A stretch of DNA of 38,618 bases from Patescibacteria group bacterium (GTDB lineage: Bacteria; Patescibacteriota; Minisyncoccia; UBA10092): assembly GCA_043812515.1 (NCBI GenBank), contig JBDRMC010000001.1, positions 1-38,618 on the forward strand, written 5' to 3'. Position numbers and translations under genes: made by a program. Positions 25,313 to 35,245 of this stretch are shown here, piece by piece (positions within the stretch are counted from its first letter, which is position 1; every line of letters starts with the position of its first letter). Under the pieces are notes generated by a model. It was given only the letters and a program-made list of their open reading frames with translations. It did no database searches and was not told where the DNA came from.

Positions 25313-26126
25313 CTTTTTCCGCCCGCTCCGACTCGGAGACGAGGCGAGCCGCTTTTATTATTTTCATAAAGGTCTGAAGCTCAAGAGACGCGCCGCCCAC
25401 CAAGGCGCCATCAATTCCATTTTGCGCGATAAAATCAGCCGCATTTTCTTCCGAAACAGAGCCACCGTAAAGAACCGGCATATCACTTGCCCATTCTTGG
25501 CCGTATAGGCGGCTTATAATTTTTCTTATTAAAAGCGCCGCTGAAAGAGCGTGGTCAGGATTATCGGGCCCTGTCCCTTCGTGTCCAAAGACCGATTCAA
25601 TATCGGCACGGGGACGGCCAATAGCCCAAACCGGTTCATAGGCAATAATCAGGCGGCTAATATCTGAAACGCCAACCCCTTCCAAAGCGCTCTCAATCTG
25701 TCTGGATAATATTTTGGAAATATCGTCATTTTGTTCTTTTTCGCCCACGGCTAAAATGGGCATTAATCCGATTTTTAGAGCGGTTTTTATTTTCAAATTT
25801 ATTATTTCCTCTGTTTCTCCCATGATGTACCGTCTTTCCGAATGGCCGATAATTACATAATTGCAACCTAAATTTTTCAACATCAATCCCGATACTTCTC
25901 CGGTATAAGCGCCACGCTCGGCCCAGCTGATATTTTGAGCCGCCAGTTTTATTTCTTTCCCGCAATTTTTCTTCAGCAACTCAAGATAAACGAACGGCGG
26001 AGCGATTATTAATTCAATGTTTTTTGGCAGACGCTGAGCTAAAATGCCCTGCACGAAACGCGAAGCTTCATCGGCCGTTTGAGGATTCATTTTCCAATTG
26101 GCAATGATAATTTTTTTTGTACTCAT
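25305..26126 (-). CDS. tpiA: triose-phosphate isomerase
   Basis: ANWKMN, IGHSERR, AYEPVWAIG, LYGGSV, DGALVGGASL. Confidence 0.97.
   Translation of the reverse strand: MSTKKIIIANWKMNPQTADEASRFVQGILAQRLPKNIELIIAPPFVYLELLKKNCGKEIKLAAQNISWAERGAYTGEVSGLMLKNLGCNYVIIGHSERRYIMGETEEIINLKIKTALKIGLMPILAVGEKEQNDDISKILSRQIESALEGVGVSDISRLIIAYEPVWAIGRPRADIESVFGHEGTGPDNPDHALSAALLIRKIISRLYGQEWASDMPVLYGGSVSEENAADFIAQNGIDGALVGGASLELQTFMKIIKAARLVSESERAEKDE
25573..25615. repeat. bulged hairpin inserted in tpiA loop 6
   Basis: gtccc..cgtg..ccgat-tcaat-atcgg-cacg-gggac; adds RPRADIESVFGHEG. Confidence 0.75.
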
Positions 26127-26599
26127 AATAAAAATAAATATTTAAAAATATTTTCGCCAAAAACAGTCATGCCGGTAACTATTAAACCGGCGGCTAAAAC
26201 TCCCAAAATAATAGACCAAAAGGCATGAGTTTTCGAGATTCCGAAAATAAAAGCCGCCACCACTCCGGTATAAGCGCCGGTCAAGGGTAATGGGATGGCG
26301 ACAAAAATAAAAAGCGCCAAATCGCCCCAACAAGCAAAATGTTCGGTGTGTTTTATTCTCGTTCTTTCAAAAAGCCAGTTAAAAAATTTATTAAACCAGT
26401 AAAATTTATGACTTAAATATTCCGATATTTTTTCCAAACCGAATAAAAGCGGTAGAATCGGCAAAATATTCCCCAAGACGCTTAAAATAAATGCTTTATA
26501 CGGATTAAAACCAAATTTTAAAATTGCCAAAGGGATAGCTCCCCTAAGTTCACTTAAAGGCAGCGCGGCGGTAACAAATGTGATTGTTTCATTGAGCAT
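26123..26599 (-). CDS. COG2426 small multi-drug export-like membrane protein
   Basis: PLSELRGAIP and FVAIPLPLTGAYTG. Confidence 0.88.
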   Translation of the reverse strand: MLNETITFVTAALPLSELRGAIPLAILKFGFNPYKAFILSVLGNILPILPLLFGLEKISEYLSHKFYWFNKFFNWLFERTRIKHTEHFACWGDLALFIFVAIPLPLTGAYTGVVAAFIFGISKTHAFWSIILGVLAAGLIVTGMTVFGENIFKYLFLL

Positions 26600-27552
26600 T
26601 ATTTTTTAAAAATTTCCGCGGCTTTCTCCGGATACACGGCAACAATATCCAGCCCGGTGCTTAATTCAAAACCGCCGATAATATCAAATTTTGGCATAAT
26701 CTCCAAATGCCAGTGATAATGACTGTGATTTGAATTTTTATCCACCGGCGCCGTGTGGATGAAAAAATTGAAAGCGGGATCTTTCAATTTTTTATAAATT
26801 TTCTGAAGCGCAACTTTCAAAGCATCGGCGAGAGCGGATAATTCCGGCTCTTTAATTTTTTCAAAATAAGCAAAATGTTTTTTTGGTAAAATCGCCAATT
26901 CAAATTCCGCCCGCGAAGCAAAAGGAGCAATGACAACCATGTCGCTGTTTTGATAAACCACTCTTTTTTTCTCTTTTAATTCCCAACCAATCATTTGGCA
27001 ATGCGTGCATTTGTTGTGTTCCTTAAAATAGCGCCGCGAGGCGTTAACACTGCGGTTGATATAAGGCGGTAATATCGGCAAGGCCAAAATCTGCGAATGA
27101 GGATGGGGTATGGTGGAACCCGCTTCTTTTCCGTGATTATGAAAAATCGATATATATTTTATATTTTTTTCTTCAGCCAAACTTTTATAACGCTCCTGAA
27201 AAGCCAATAAGACCATTTTTATTTCTTCTTTGGTAAAATTGGCTAAATGGCGTTCGTGGTCTCTGTAAATCACAACATCGTGAGAGCCTAATTTCGGTCC
27301 GACCGCCGGACTTTTATTCGGGATTATCTGCAAAAACCAATCGTTTTTGGTCTTATCTTGATAAACCAAAACTGGCGGTTTGTTTCCAAATTTGGCGGGA
27401 TTTTCAAAGGGACATTTGTTTTTGGCAAATTCCATTTTTGCCCTGCCTTCAAACCTATGCCCCGCGCCGCGAAGCGGCGCGAACAAAATACAATCCCCTG
27501 AAATCGGGTCCTGGCGAAATTCCGAATCAGATTTTACCTTTTCGCTTTTCAT
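26599..27552 (-). CDS. galT: galactose-1-phosphate uridylyltransferase-like HIT protein
   Basis: RQDPISG, CPFE, NHGKEAG.TIPHPHSQI, YHWHLEI, GGFELSTG. Confidence 0.85.
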   Translation of the reverse strand: MKSEKVKSDSEFRQDPISGDCILFAPLRGAGHRFEGRAKMEFAKNKCPFENPAKFGNKPPVLVYQDKTKNDWFLQIIPNKSPAVGPKLGSHDVVIYRDHERHLANFTKEEIKMVLLAFQERYKSLAEEKNIKYISIFHNHGKEAGSTIPHPHSQILALPILPPYINRSVNASRRYFKEHNKCTHCQMIGWELKEKKRVVYQNSDMVVIAPFASRAEFELAILPKKHFAYFEKIKEPELSALADALKVALQKIYKKLKDPAFNFFIHTAPVDKNSNHSHYHWHLEIMPKFDIIGGFELSTGLDIVAVYPEKAAEIFKK

Positions 27553-28277
27553 AATTTATACTTACCCGTCAATAATCCTAATCTTATTTTGAATAAATCT
27601 TTCAATACCTGAAAATAACTTGAAAGATGCACGGTTGAATTACCGGAGTTATTCCAAATAACCGGCAATTCTTTTATTTTATATCTAAACTTTTTGGCCA
27701 AAACCAAAACTTCAATGTCAAAAGCAAAACGATCAATTTTAGTTCTGGAAAAAATACTTTTGGCCGCTTCGGCGGTAAAAAGTTTAAAGGCCCTTTGGGT
27801 ATCGTGGATGCTCCACAATCCGGCAACAATCCTAATGAGATACTTTGAATACTTTCCCAAAAACCGGCGGTACCATTGGGCATTTTCGTTTATTACCGCT
27901 CCGGGCATTTCAATCGAACCGATAACAATATTGTAGCCGTCGGAAAAATAGGGCCAGAATTTTTCAATTTGCTCCATTGAAACCGCGTTATCGGCATCCA
28001 CAAAGATACGATAATCGCCGGTCGCGGCGAGCATCCCCTGTCTGACGACATAGCCCTTGCCGTGATTTTGAGTATTGGCGATCAAACTGAATTCCGGTTT
28101 GTTACTGATAAATTCGGAAACCATTTCAACCGTTTTATCGGAACTTCCGTCGGAAACCACGATCGCTTCCCAAGAATAGCCTTGGCGTGAAAGATAACCA
28201 TAAATAGCCTCAATGGTGCCTTTTATTTTATTCGCTTCGTTATAGGTGGGAATAATGACCGACAGATGTTTAGACAT
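27549..28277 (-). CDS. GT2 glycosyltransferase (dolichyl-phosphate beta-glucosyltransferase-like)
   Basis: LSVIIPTYNE, SDGSSD, NHGKG, DAD, DTQ..FKLF, FAFDIE. Confidence 0.9.
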   Translation of the reverse strand: MSKHLSVIIPTYNEANKIKGTIEAIYGYLSRQGYSWEAIVVSDGSSDKTVEMVSEFISNKPEFSLIANTQNHGKGYVVRQGMLAATGDYRIFVDADNAVSMEQIEKFWPYFSDGYNIVIGSIEMPGAVINENAQWYRRFLGKYSKYLIRIVAGLWSIHDTQRAFKLFTAEAAKSIFSRTKIDRFAFDIEVLVLAKKFRYKIKELPVIWNNSGNSTVHLSSYFQVLKDLFKIRLGLLTGKYKL

Positions 28278-28313
28278 TAAATGGATTTTATCAAATTTTT
28301 AAGACGAAATCCA

Positions 28314-28685
28314 CTATTTTCTGTCTAAATAACTTTGCAACAAAATCGCGGCCGCGGCCGAATGGTTGTTTTTGGCGCCGCTTTGAGCCGCGGCTTTAGT
28401 GGTTAAAATTTCGTTTTCAAATTCAATCGGCAAATCAACTTCTTTGATTAATTTTTCGGCCCAATTTTCAACCTCCGTTGTTTGGGCCGTTGACTTCATA
28501 TTTTTATTCAGCGGTAAACCGATAATAATTTTGTAAATACTCTCTTTTTTTATCATTTCATTTAAACGTCCGAAAAACTTGAAATTGTTTTCCAATGTTT
28601 CGCAAGGAAAAGCCAGCTTGTTTTCATCATCAGTCATGGCTAGTCCAATCCATTTTAATCCATAATCAACTCCCAATATTTTCAT
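28314..28685 (-). CDS. ruvX: RuvX/YqgF nuclease
   Basis: ILGVDYGLKWIGLA, IIGLP, NE.LTT, SAAAAILLQSYLD. Confidence 0.92.
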   Translation of the reverse strand: MKILGVDYGLKWIGLAMTDDENKLAFPCETLENNFKFFGRLNEMIKKESIYKIIIGLPLNKNMKSTAQTTEVENWAEKLIKEVDLPIEFENEILTTKAAAQSGAKNNHSAAAAILLQSYLDRK

Positions 28686-28730
28686 AAGGCCATTTTGACA
28701 CACTTAGACATAAATTTCAATTAAAAATAG

Positions 28731-29495
28731 CTATTCTGTCAATATAGTGCAGCCCTCGTCCGTAATCGCGATGGTGTGTTCAAAGTGAGCCGTGAGAGAG
28801 CCGTCGATGGTTTCAAAGCCGAAGCCGTTTTTTGATTCGCGAACTTCGCCGCCGCCGAGCGCCGCCATGGGTTCTATCGCTAAAACCATGCCGGATTCTA
28901 AGACTATTCCTTCCCCTTTTTTGCCAAAATTACAGATATTCGGTTCTTCATGAACCGCGTAACCGACGCCGTGACCGACTAAATCCTTAATAACGGATAG
29001 GCCTTCTTTCTCAAAACAATTTTCTATGGCAAAACCGATATCGCCTATATGATTTCCCGGCTTCACTTCGTTGATGGCCGATTCTAGGGCGTGTTTTGTA
29101 GTGTTAATTAATTTGGTTTTTTCATCCGTCATTCTTCCAATGCCGACTGTAAGCGCGGCGTCGGTAAAAAGATTTTTATATTTGACACCGATATCCAATT
29201 TCAAAATATCGCCCTCTTTCAAAATGATTTTGTCGCTTGGCAAACCATGAACCACGATATTATTCAACGAAGCGCAGATGGCGGCCGGATATGGTTTGTC
29301 GGAAAAGCTCGGCTGATACCCTTCAAATGCCGGCTCGGCGCCCCGGGCTAAAATTATTTCTTTCGCTTTGGTGTTTAAAAAACCGGTGCTAACGCCGATT
29401 TTGGCCAGTTCCGAAACTTCTTTTAAAACTTCCGCCAAAATCCGCCCGCCTTGTTTTAAAATCTCTATCTCTTCTTTTGTTTTTATAGATATCAT
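28731..29495 (-). CDS. map: type I methionine aminopeptidase
   Basis: VVHGLP, LDIG, TDAA, GHGVG..VHEEP, AIEPM, AHFEHT. Confidence 0.97.
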   Translation of the reverse strand: MISIKTKEEIEILKQGGRILAEVLKEVSELAKIGVSTGFLNTKAKEIILARGAEPAFEGYQPSFSDKPYPAAICASLNNIVVHGLPSDKIILKEGDILKLDIGVKYKNLFTDAALTVGIGRMTDEKTKLINTTKHALESAINEVKPGNHIGDIGFAIENCFEKEGLSVIKDLVGHGVGYAVHEEPNICNFGKKGEGIVLESGMVLAIEPMAALGGGEVRESKNGFGFETIDGSLTAHFEHTIAITDEGCTILTE

Positions 29496-29526
29496 GGCTT
29501 TGAGTTTGTTATGCGTGCTATAGCAT

Positions 29527-30114
29527 TTATAACAAACTCGCAAGAATTTTTAATATGTCTTTATGGATTTTCGCTATCGGCTGTTCCCCGTTGATATTAA
29601 AAATGATTTTTTTTGATTTTAAGTATTTAATAACCGGCAGAGTTTCGCGATTGAAAACAGCAAGCCGTTTCTTTATTATTTTACGGGTATCCAATTCCGG
29701 AAAATCTTTTCTATGACGTTTCAAATTTCTAATGTAAACCTCTTTCGGGCTTATCGCAACGTGAAAAAAGTAAGTGTTTTTTCCGTACAGTTTTTTAAGA
29801 AGCGGTAATTCGTCTTTCAGTTCTATTAAAGTTCTGGGTGAACCGCTCATAATGATTCCTTTTCCGCGGTCGGCAAGAGATTTTATTTTCGCCATCATCA
29901 GCGCCGACACAAATCCTGAAGAAACTAAAAAACCGCTTTTCTGTAAATAGCGTTCTTTTTCAACTTTAGCGCTTTTGCCTTTCAGTGCCGCTTTGATAAG
30001 CTTGCTTGAAATTATATGTATTAGATCGAATTTTTTGGCTAAAAGTTCCGCTTGAGTATCTTTGCCGGAACCGGGCCGTCCCAAAATACTTATGGCAATT
30101 TTAGAACCCCTCAT
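29527..30114 (-). CDS. adk: adenylate/nucleoside monophosphate kinase (short, LID-less)
   Basis: P-loop GRPGSGKDTQA; located between secY and map. Confidence 0.88.
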   Translation of the reverse strand: MRGSKIAISILGRPGSGKDTQAELLAKKFDLIHIISSKLIKAALKGKSAKVEKERYLQKSGFLVSSGFVSALMMAKIKSLADRGKGIIMSGSPRTLIELKDELPLLKKLYGKNTYFFHVAISPKEVYIRNLKRHRKDFPELDTRKIIKKRLAVFNRETLPVIKYLKSKKIIFNINGEQPIAKIHKDILKILASLL

Positions 30115-31372
30115 ATTCGCGCGTTACGAGCTGGGATCTGACCTGTTTCATGCTTTCCAAAACAACCGATACCACGATCAAAAGGGCTGTACCGCCTATC
30201 GTCATCGTTGTGATTCCAGTAAATTGCTGGACTATAATCGGCAAAACGGCTATTACCCCCAAAAAAATCGCGCCTATTAAAACCACTCTGTTTAAAATAT
30301 GTTTTATGAATTCGGCAGTGGAAATTCCGGGCCTGATTCCGGGAATAAATCCGCCTTGTTTTTGGAGATTTTGCGAAATTTGGTCGGGATCAAAGGTTAC
30401 CGCCGTATAAAAGTATGTAAACATAATTACCAGCAAAAAATAAAGCGAGCCGTAAGCAAATTGATTTCTTAAAAATCCCGCCATAGCGCTTGCGATGCCG
30501 GCGAGCCACGCAACATTGACGCTGCTTAAAATTTGCGCCAAAAGCTGGGGGAAAAGCAAAATGGAAAGGGCAAAAATAATGGGGATGACACCGGCCTGAT
30601 TCACTCTTAACGGCAAATGGGCCATCGAACCGCCGTAAACCCGATTTCCTCTCACTCTTTTGGCATAGGCCACCGGTATGGCTCTTTCCCCTTCGGTGAC
30701 AATAACGACACCGGCAATAACGATTAACGCGGTTATTATGAACGCCAAATAAGTCGGAATTTGGGAAGAATTAAAAGTAATCAACGTCTGCTTCAAATCA
30801 ACGGGCAGGCCGGCAATGATGCCGGCAAAAATCAAAAGCGAAATGCCATTGCCGATATTTTTTTCCGTTATTAATTCGCCGAGCCACATCAAAAACAACG
30901 AACCCGCGACCACCGTAAAAATCGACGCTATAAAAACCAGGCTGTCTTGAGCGACAATAATCTGCTGATTTTTTAATAAAACCAACAGACCATATCCTGA
31001 CATAATGGCCATAGGTACGGTCAAATATCTAGTATACTGATTGAACTTCTGACGGCCGATTTCACCCTCTTCGTTATATAATTCTTTCAAGGCTGGGATT
31101 AGCATCGTCAAAAGCTGCATAATAATTGAAGCTGTAATATAGGGGCCGACACCAAGCATTACAATGGAAAGATTCGATAAAGCGCCGCCGGAAAAAATAT
31201 TCAACAACCCGAAAAGTTGATTTCCTTCAAAAAACGATTTCAGGCGAAGAACGTCAACACCGGGTACGGGAATAGTCGCCATCAAACGGAAAACTACTAA
31301 GAGCGCCAGAACAAAAAAGATTCTGTTTCTTAGATCTTTGATTGTGAAAATTTGGAATATTTTTTGGAACAT
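30101..31372 (-). CDS. secY: preprotein translocase SecY
   Basis: LGVGPYITASII, IGNGISLLIFAGI, AGVIPIIFA, FIPGIRPG. Confidence 0.98.
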   Translation of the reverse strand: MFQKIFQIFTIKDLRNRIFFVLALLVVFRLMATIPVPGVDVLRLKSFFEGNQLFGLLNIFSGGALSNLSIVMLGVGPYITASIIMQLLTMLIPALKELYNEEGEIGRQKFNQYTRYLTVPMAIMSGYGLLVLLKNQQIIVAQDSLVFIASIFTVVAGSLFLMWLGELITEKNIGNGISLLIFAGIIAGLPVDLKQTLITFNSSQIPTYLAFIITALIVIAGVVIVTEGERAIPVAYAKRVRGNRVYGGSMAHLPLRVNQAGVIPIIFALSILLFPQLLAQILSSVNVAWLAGIASAMAGFLRNQFAYGSLYFLLVIMFTYFYTAVTFDPDQISQNLQKQGGFIPGIRPGISTAEFIKHILNRVVLIGAIFLGVIAVLPIIVQQFTGITTMTIGGTALLIVVSVVLESMKQVRSQLVTREYEGF

Positions 31373-31378
31373 ATCGCT

Positions 31379-31819
31379 TTATTTTACGGTTCCGCCCGCT
31401 TTCTCAATTTTAACACGCGCCGATTTTGACAGTAAGACATTATGAAAAGCCAATTTCTTCGAAATTTCGCCCTCGCCTAAAATTTTTATTTTGGAAATGG
31501 CGCTTTCTTTGCCGGTAATTAATTTCTTTTTTAACAAAGTTACCGGATTGACTATTTCTCCGTTCTTGAAGTTTTTTTCCAAGTCTCTCAAATTCAAAAC
31601 TATCGGTTTTTTAAACAGACTCTTAAAAGAATGTTTCGCCCTGCCGCGTTGTTTTGGAAATTTAGTAACTAAATCACGGATAGCCGGGCGGATTTTGGCG
31701 CCGGCTCGGGATTTTTGCCCCTTGGTTCCACGACCCGAATAACCGCCTCTTTTCCCTCCGCGGGCAACGCGTTTCTTTTTCTTTGATTTATGAGTTGGTT
31801 TTATATTATGCAGTTGCAT
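31379..31819 (-). CDS. rplO: 50S ribosomal protein L15
   Basis: SGRGTKGQKSRAG; KIEKAGG. Confidence 0.95.
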   Translation of the reverse strand: MQLHNIKPTHKSKKKKRVARGGKRGGYSGRGTKGQKSRAGAKIRPAIRDLVTKFPKQRGRAKHSFKSLFKKPIVLNLRDLEKNFKNGEIVNPVTLLKKKLITGKESAISKIKILGEGEISKKLAFHNVLLSKSARVKIEKAGGTVK

Positions 31820-32321
31820 GTTTTAGTTTTTTTAGCGCTTCTATGGCCGCACGCGCGTTGTTTAATTTATTGGTTGTCGTTCCCAAAATTTTTGAAGTTA
31901 TATTAATAATCCCGGCCAGGCCCACGACCGTTCTAACCGGGCCGCCGGCAACGATTCCTTTTCCCTCGCTGGCCGGCTTGAGCAAAACAACGGCGCTGGA
32001 GAATTTTCCGATAACATCATACGGAATTGTATTGTTTTTTATCGGAACCGAAATCAAATTTTTTCTGGCGTTCCGGGTAGCTTTTTCTATCGCTTCCGAA
32101 GTATCAGCTCCCTTATCGATGCCTACGCCGACCCGCCCTTTGTGGTCACCTATAACAACGGTAGCCCTAAAACGAAACCTTTTTCCGCCGGCCACAACCC
32201 GCGTTACTCTTCTGATATCCAAAACTTTCTGATCAAAATCAGATTTTTCTCTTTTCGGCCCTCTTTTTCCGCCAAAGGCGGATCCGCCTCTGGCGGAGAA
32301 TTTGTTTATTCCTTTATCCAT
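31806..32321 (-). CDS. rpsE: 30S ribosomal protein S5
   Basis: RVTRVVAGGKRFRFRA; AGGPVR. Confidence 0.97.
   Translation of the reverse strand: MDKGINKFSARGGSAFGGKRGPKREKSDFDQKVLDIRRVTRVVAGGKRFRFRATVVIGDHKGRVGVGIDKGADTSEAIEKATRNARKNLISVPIKNNTIPYDVIGKFSSAVVLLKPASEGKGIVAGGPVRTVVGLAGIINITSKILGTTTNKLNNARAAIEALKKLKHATA
32268..32297. repeat. 30-bp double-hairpin element in rpsE (SARGGSAFGG)
   Basis: tccgcc-aaa-ggcgga-tccgcc-tct-ggcgga. Confidence 0.93.
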
Positions 32322-32322
32322 G

Positions 32323-32658
32323 TTAAAAAATTAATCCCCCCTCTCTCGCGCCCTTGGCTAATTCTAAAATTTTGCCGTGAAATTTATAGCCGCCCCGGTC
32401 AAACACTACTTTTTTTATCTTTTTATCTACAGCTTTTTTCGCCAAAGATCCCCCGAGATTGTAAGCCGATTTGATTCCCTTGTCCAAAACGGAAGACGCG
32501 GCAAGCGTCTTGCTATTTTCATCGTCGATAAGCTGGGCGTAAATATATCTGTTTGATTTAAAAACCGAAAGCCGCGGCCTTTTGGAGGTTCCGAAAATTT
32601 TCGCTCTTATCCTTTTATGTCTTGCTATTCTTTTTGTATTTTTATTTCTTGTAGCCAT
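32323..32658 (-). CDS. rplR: 50S ribosomal protein L18
   Basis: RPRLSVFKSN; VVFDRGGYKFHG. Confidence 0.97.
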   Translation of the reverse strand: MATRNKNTKRIARHKRIRAKIFGTSKRPRLSVFKSNRYIYAQLIDDENSKTLAASSVLDKGIKSAYNLGGSLAKKAVDKKIKKVVFDRGGYKFHGKILELAKGAREGGLIF

Positions 32659-32668
32659 TGAATTAAAA

Positions 32669-33214
32669 TTAAGAGGTTGTACCGGCAACTTTTTTGCCTG
32701 CTTTGCGCCGGATAACTTCGCCCGCGTAGCGTATCCCCTTGCCTTTATACGGTTCCGGTTTTTTCAGCGCTCTGATATTCGCGGCGGCTTGTCCGACCAT
32801 TTCCAATGAAATACCGCTGACCGTGATAGTGTTTTTTTCAACACTGATTTTTATGCCTTCCGGCGATTTGAAAATAACCGGATGAGAAAATCCCAAACTT
32901 AAAACTAAGTCATCGCCCTGAATTTGCGCTTTGAAACCAACTCCTTCAATTTCGAGTTTCTTTTCAAAACCCTTCTCCACGCCGATAACCATATTAGCTA
33001 TAATCGCCCGTGTCGTTCCCCAAAGAGCGGGGACTTTTTTCGATTTGCCGATAGGTAAAACTAAAAGTTGTTTTTCGTTGAGTTTCACTTCGATTTCTCT
33101 CGGAACTTTAAAAGACAGTTCGCCTTTGGGGCCTGTAATTTTGACCATCGGGGTATCAATGGCTATTGTTACGCCTTGCGGAATTTCTATTGGTTTTTTG
33201 CCGATTTTACTCAT
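32669..33214 (-). CDS. rplF: 50S ribosomal protein L6
   Basis: MSKIGKKPI; PEPYKGKGIRY. Confidence 0.97.
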   Translation of the reverse strand: MSKIGKKPIEIPQGVTIAIDTPMVKITGPKGELSFKVPREIEVKLNEKQLLVLPIGKSKKVPALWGTTRAIIANMVIGVEKGFEKKLEIEGVGFKAQIQGDDLVLSLGFSHPVIFKSPEGIKISVEKNTITVSGISLEMVGQAAANIRALKKPEPYKGKGIRYAGEVIRRKAGKKVAGTTS

Positions 33215-33224
33215 AAATTTATTT

Positions 33225-33605
33225 TTACCAGATTTCAAATAATATTTCCCCGCCCAAACGAGCCTTGCGCGCTTCTTTGCCGGTCATCAAACCTTTCGGT
33301 GTTGAAACGATGGAAACGCCATAGCCATTTTTAACCTGTTTTAATTCGGGAGCTTTGGCATAAATGCGCCGACCGGGCTTGCTTATCCTTTTAATTTCTT
33401 GAATGGCCGCAGGATGCTTTAATCCTATCTCCAAAACCTTGTCGTTCCCTTTTCCCGACTTTTTATAATCAACAATATATTTTTCGCGCTTTAGTATTTT
33501 AGCGATTTCAAATTTTATTTTTGACAAAGAAACTTCAACCGTTTCGTGTCCGGCCGATTGCGCGTTCCTTATTCTTGTTAACATGTCCGATATTGGGTCT
33601 ACCAT
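33225..33605 (-). CDS. rpsH: 30S ribosomal protein S8
   Basis: [13 protein letters not shown]; SKPGRRIY; GGEIL. Confidence 0.97.
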   Translation of the reverse strand: MVDPISDMLTRIRNAQSAGHETVEVSLSKIKFEIAKILKREKYIVDYKKSGKGNDKVLEIGLKHPAAIQEIKRISKPGRRIYAKAPELKQVKNGYGVSIVSTPKGLMTGKEARKARLGGEILFEIW

Positions 33606-33784
33606 GATGATTTTTTTATTCCCGGGATTTCTCCCCTTCTTGCCGATTCCCTGAAACAAATGCGACAGAGGCCAAAGTCCCTCATATATCCACGCCGGCG
33701 TCCGCATCGAAAACATCGTTTTATGACGCGGGTTATGAATTTGGGTTTTTTTAACGCTCTCGCGATTTGTGATTTTTTCGGCAT
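33599..33784 (-). CDS. rpsZ: 30S ribosomal protein S14 (zinc-binding type Z)
   Basis: RCFRCGR...LCRICFRE...PGIKKSSW. Confidence 0.96.
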   Translation of the reverse strand: MPKKSQIARALKKPKFITRVIKRCFRCGRRRGYMRDFGLCRICFRESARRGEIPGIKKSSW

Positions 33785-33796
33785 AATTTACATTTT

Positions 33797-34318
33797 TTAT
33801 TTTCCGCCAGAGGCGGGTCCGCCTTTGGCGGATATGGGAAAACCCAAAGTTTTATACAAAACCAGCGCTTCTTCTTTACTTTTAGCTTTTACGACGATTG
33901 TGATTTCAAAGCCAAAAATGTTGCGGACTTCCTCTCCCTTTATTTCAGGAAAAACAATATGTTCTTTCACTCCTATTGTCAAGTTACCGCTTTTATCAAT
34001 CGACTTGGCATCGATGCCTCTAAAATCGCGGGTTCGGGGAAGCGCTATTTTTACCAAGCGATCCACAAAGTCGCGCATCTTTTGTCCTCTTAAAGTCGCC
34101 ATGGCGCCAATGATCTGTCCTTCCCTGGTTTTGAAATTGGCTATGGATTTTTTTGCCAGAGTGGTTTTCGGCTTTTGGCCCGTAATCAGCGCGATATCGC
34201 GCAGCGCCACTTCCAAAAATTTTTCATCTTTAAGCGACCGGCCAAGGCCGATATTAACAACAACCTTTTCAATTTTAGGCGCCGCCATCACGTTTATAAT
34301 TTTTTTATCGCTTTTCAT
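33797..34318 (-). CDS. rplE: 50S ribosomal protein L5
   Basis: PKIEKVVVNIG; ITGQKP; LPRTRDFRG. Confidence 0.96.
   Translation of the reverse strand: MKSDKKIINVMAAPKIEKVVVNIGLGRSLKDEKFLEVALRDIALITGQKPKTTLAKKSIANFKTREGQIIGAMATLRGQKMRDFVDRLVKIALPRTRDFRGIDAKSIDKSGNLTIGVKEHIVFPEIKGEEVRNIFGFEITIVVKAKSKEEALVLYKTLGFPISAKGGPASGGK
33803..33832. repeat. 30-bp double-hairpin element at the rplE C-terminus (SAKGGPASGG)
   Basis: tccgcc-aga-ggcggg-tccgcc-ttt-ggcgga. Confidence 0.93.
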
Positions 34319-34323
34319 AATTT

Positions 34324-34629
34324 TTATATTTCCAAACCGCATTTTTTACAAATCCTGATTTTCGAACCATCGGGCAAGATTTGCCGTCCGATTCGCGCCG
34401 GTTTGCCGCAGTTCTTGCAAACAAGCATTACGGTTGACGCAAAAATCGGCCTCGACACTTTAATTTTTTCTCCTTTTTTCCCGCCCGTTTTCGGTTTTTG
34501 ATGCTTATTTTTCAAATTAACATTTTCAACGATGACCTTATCGTCTTTTGCTTTTATAACCTTCCCTTGTTTGCCCTTGTCCTTGCCGCTAATCACTATT
34601 ATGTTGTCTCCTTTTTTTATTTCGGTCAT
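34324..34629 (-). CDS. rplX: 50S ribosomal protein L24
   Basis: IKKGD..VISGKDKGKQGKV. Confidence 0.96.
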   Translation of the reverse strand: MTEIKKGDNIIVISGKDKGKQGKVIKAKDDKVIVENVNLKNKHQKPKTGGKKGEKIKVSRPIFASTVMLVCKNCGKPARIGRQILPDGSKIRICKKCGLEI

Positions 34630-34636
34630 ATATGTA

Positions 34637-35002
34637 TTAAAGCACTTCGGTCGCCAAAGAAATTAATTTTACAAATCCTCTATCTCTCAGTTCCCGAGCG
34701 ACTGGACCGAAAATACGGCTGCCTTTTGGTTCAAGGTTATCAACAATAACCGCGGCATTATCGTCAAATCGGATATAACTGCCGTCTTTTCGGCGATACG
34801 CCTTTTTTTGGCGGATTATTACCGCCCTGACAATTTCTTTTTTCTTGACAGCTTTTCTCGGTTCAGCTTCCTGCACCGAAGCAACGACAATATCGCCAAG
34901 CTGCGCGTATCGCCGCCTGGTACCGCCAAGAATCTTAAAAACTCTGATTGTCTTGGCTCCCGTGTTGTCCGCCACTTTTAATATTGTTCTCGGTTGGATC
35001 AT
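34637..35002 (-). CDS. rplN: 50S ribosomal protein L14
   Basis: VADNTGAK; IRFDDNAAV; [10 protein letters not shown]. Confidence 0.98.
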   Translation of the reverse strand: MIQPRTILKVADNTGAKTIRVFKILGGTRRRYAQLGDIVVASVQEAEPRKAVKKKEIVRAVIIRQKKAYRRKDGSYIRFDDNAAVIVDNLEPKGSRIFGPVARELRDRGFVKLISLATEVL

Positions 35003-35244
35003 ATTTTTTCAATAATAGCGAAGCGCTTGTCTTTTGAAATAGGCCTTACTTCTTTAATAATAACTTTATCGCCGACATGAAACTCCCCCTTCTCATCATG
35101 GGCTTTATATTTTTTGCTGGTCATATAAAAACGCCCATAGCGGGGATGCTTTTTGTATTGTTTAACTTCAACCACCGCGGTTTTCGTCATTTTGTCGGAA
35201 ACAACCACGCCCTTTAATGTTTTGGAATTTTTAGAAACGTTCAT
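34999..35244 (-). CDS. rpsQ: 30S ribosomal protein S17
   Basis: [11 protein letters not shown]; RPISKDKRF. Confidence 0.97.
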   Translation of the reverse strand: MNVSKNSKTLKGVVVSDKMTKTAVVEVKQYKKHPRYGRFYMTSKKYKAHDEKGEFHVGDKVIIKEVRPISKDKRFAIIEKI

Positions 35245-35245
35245 A

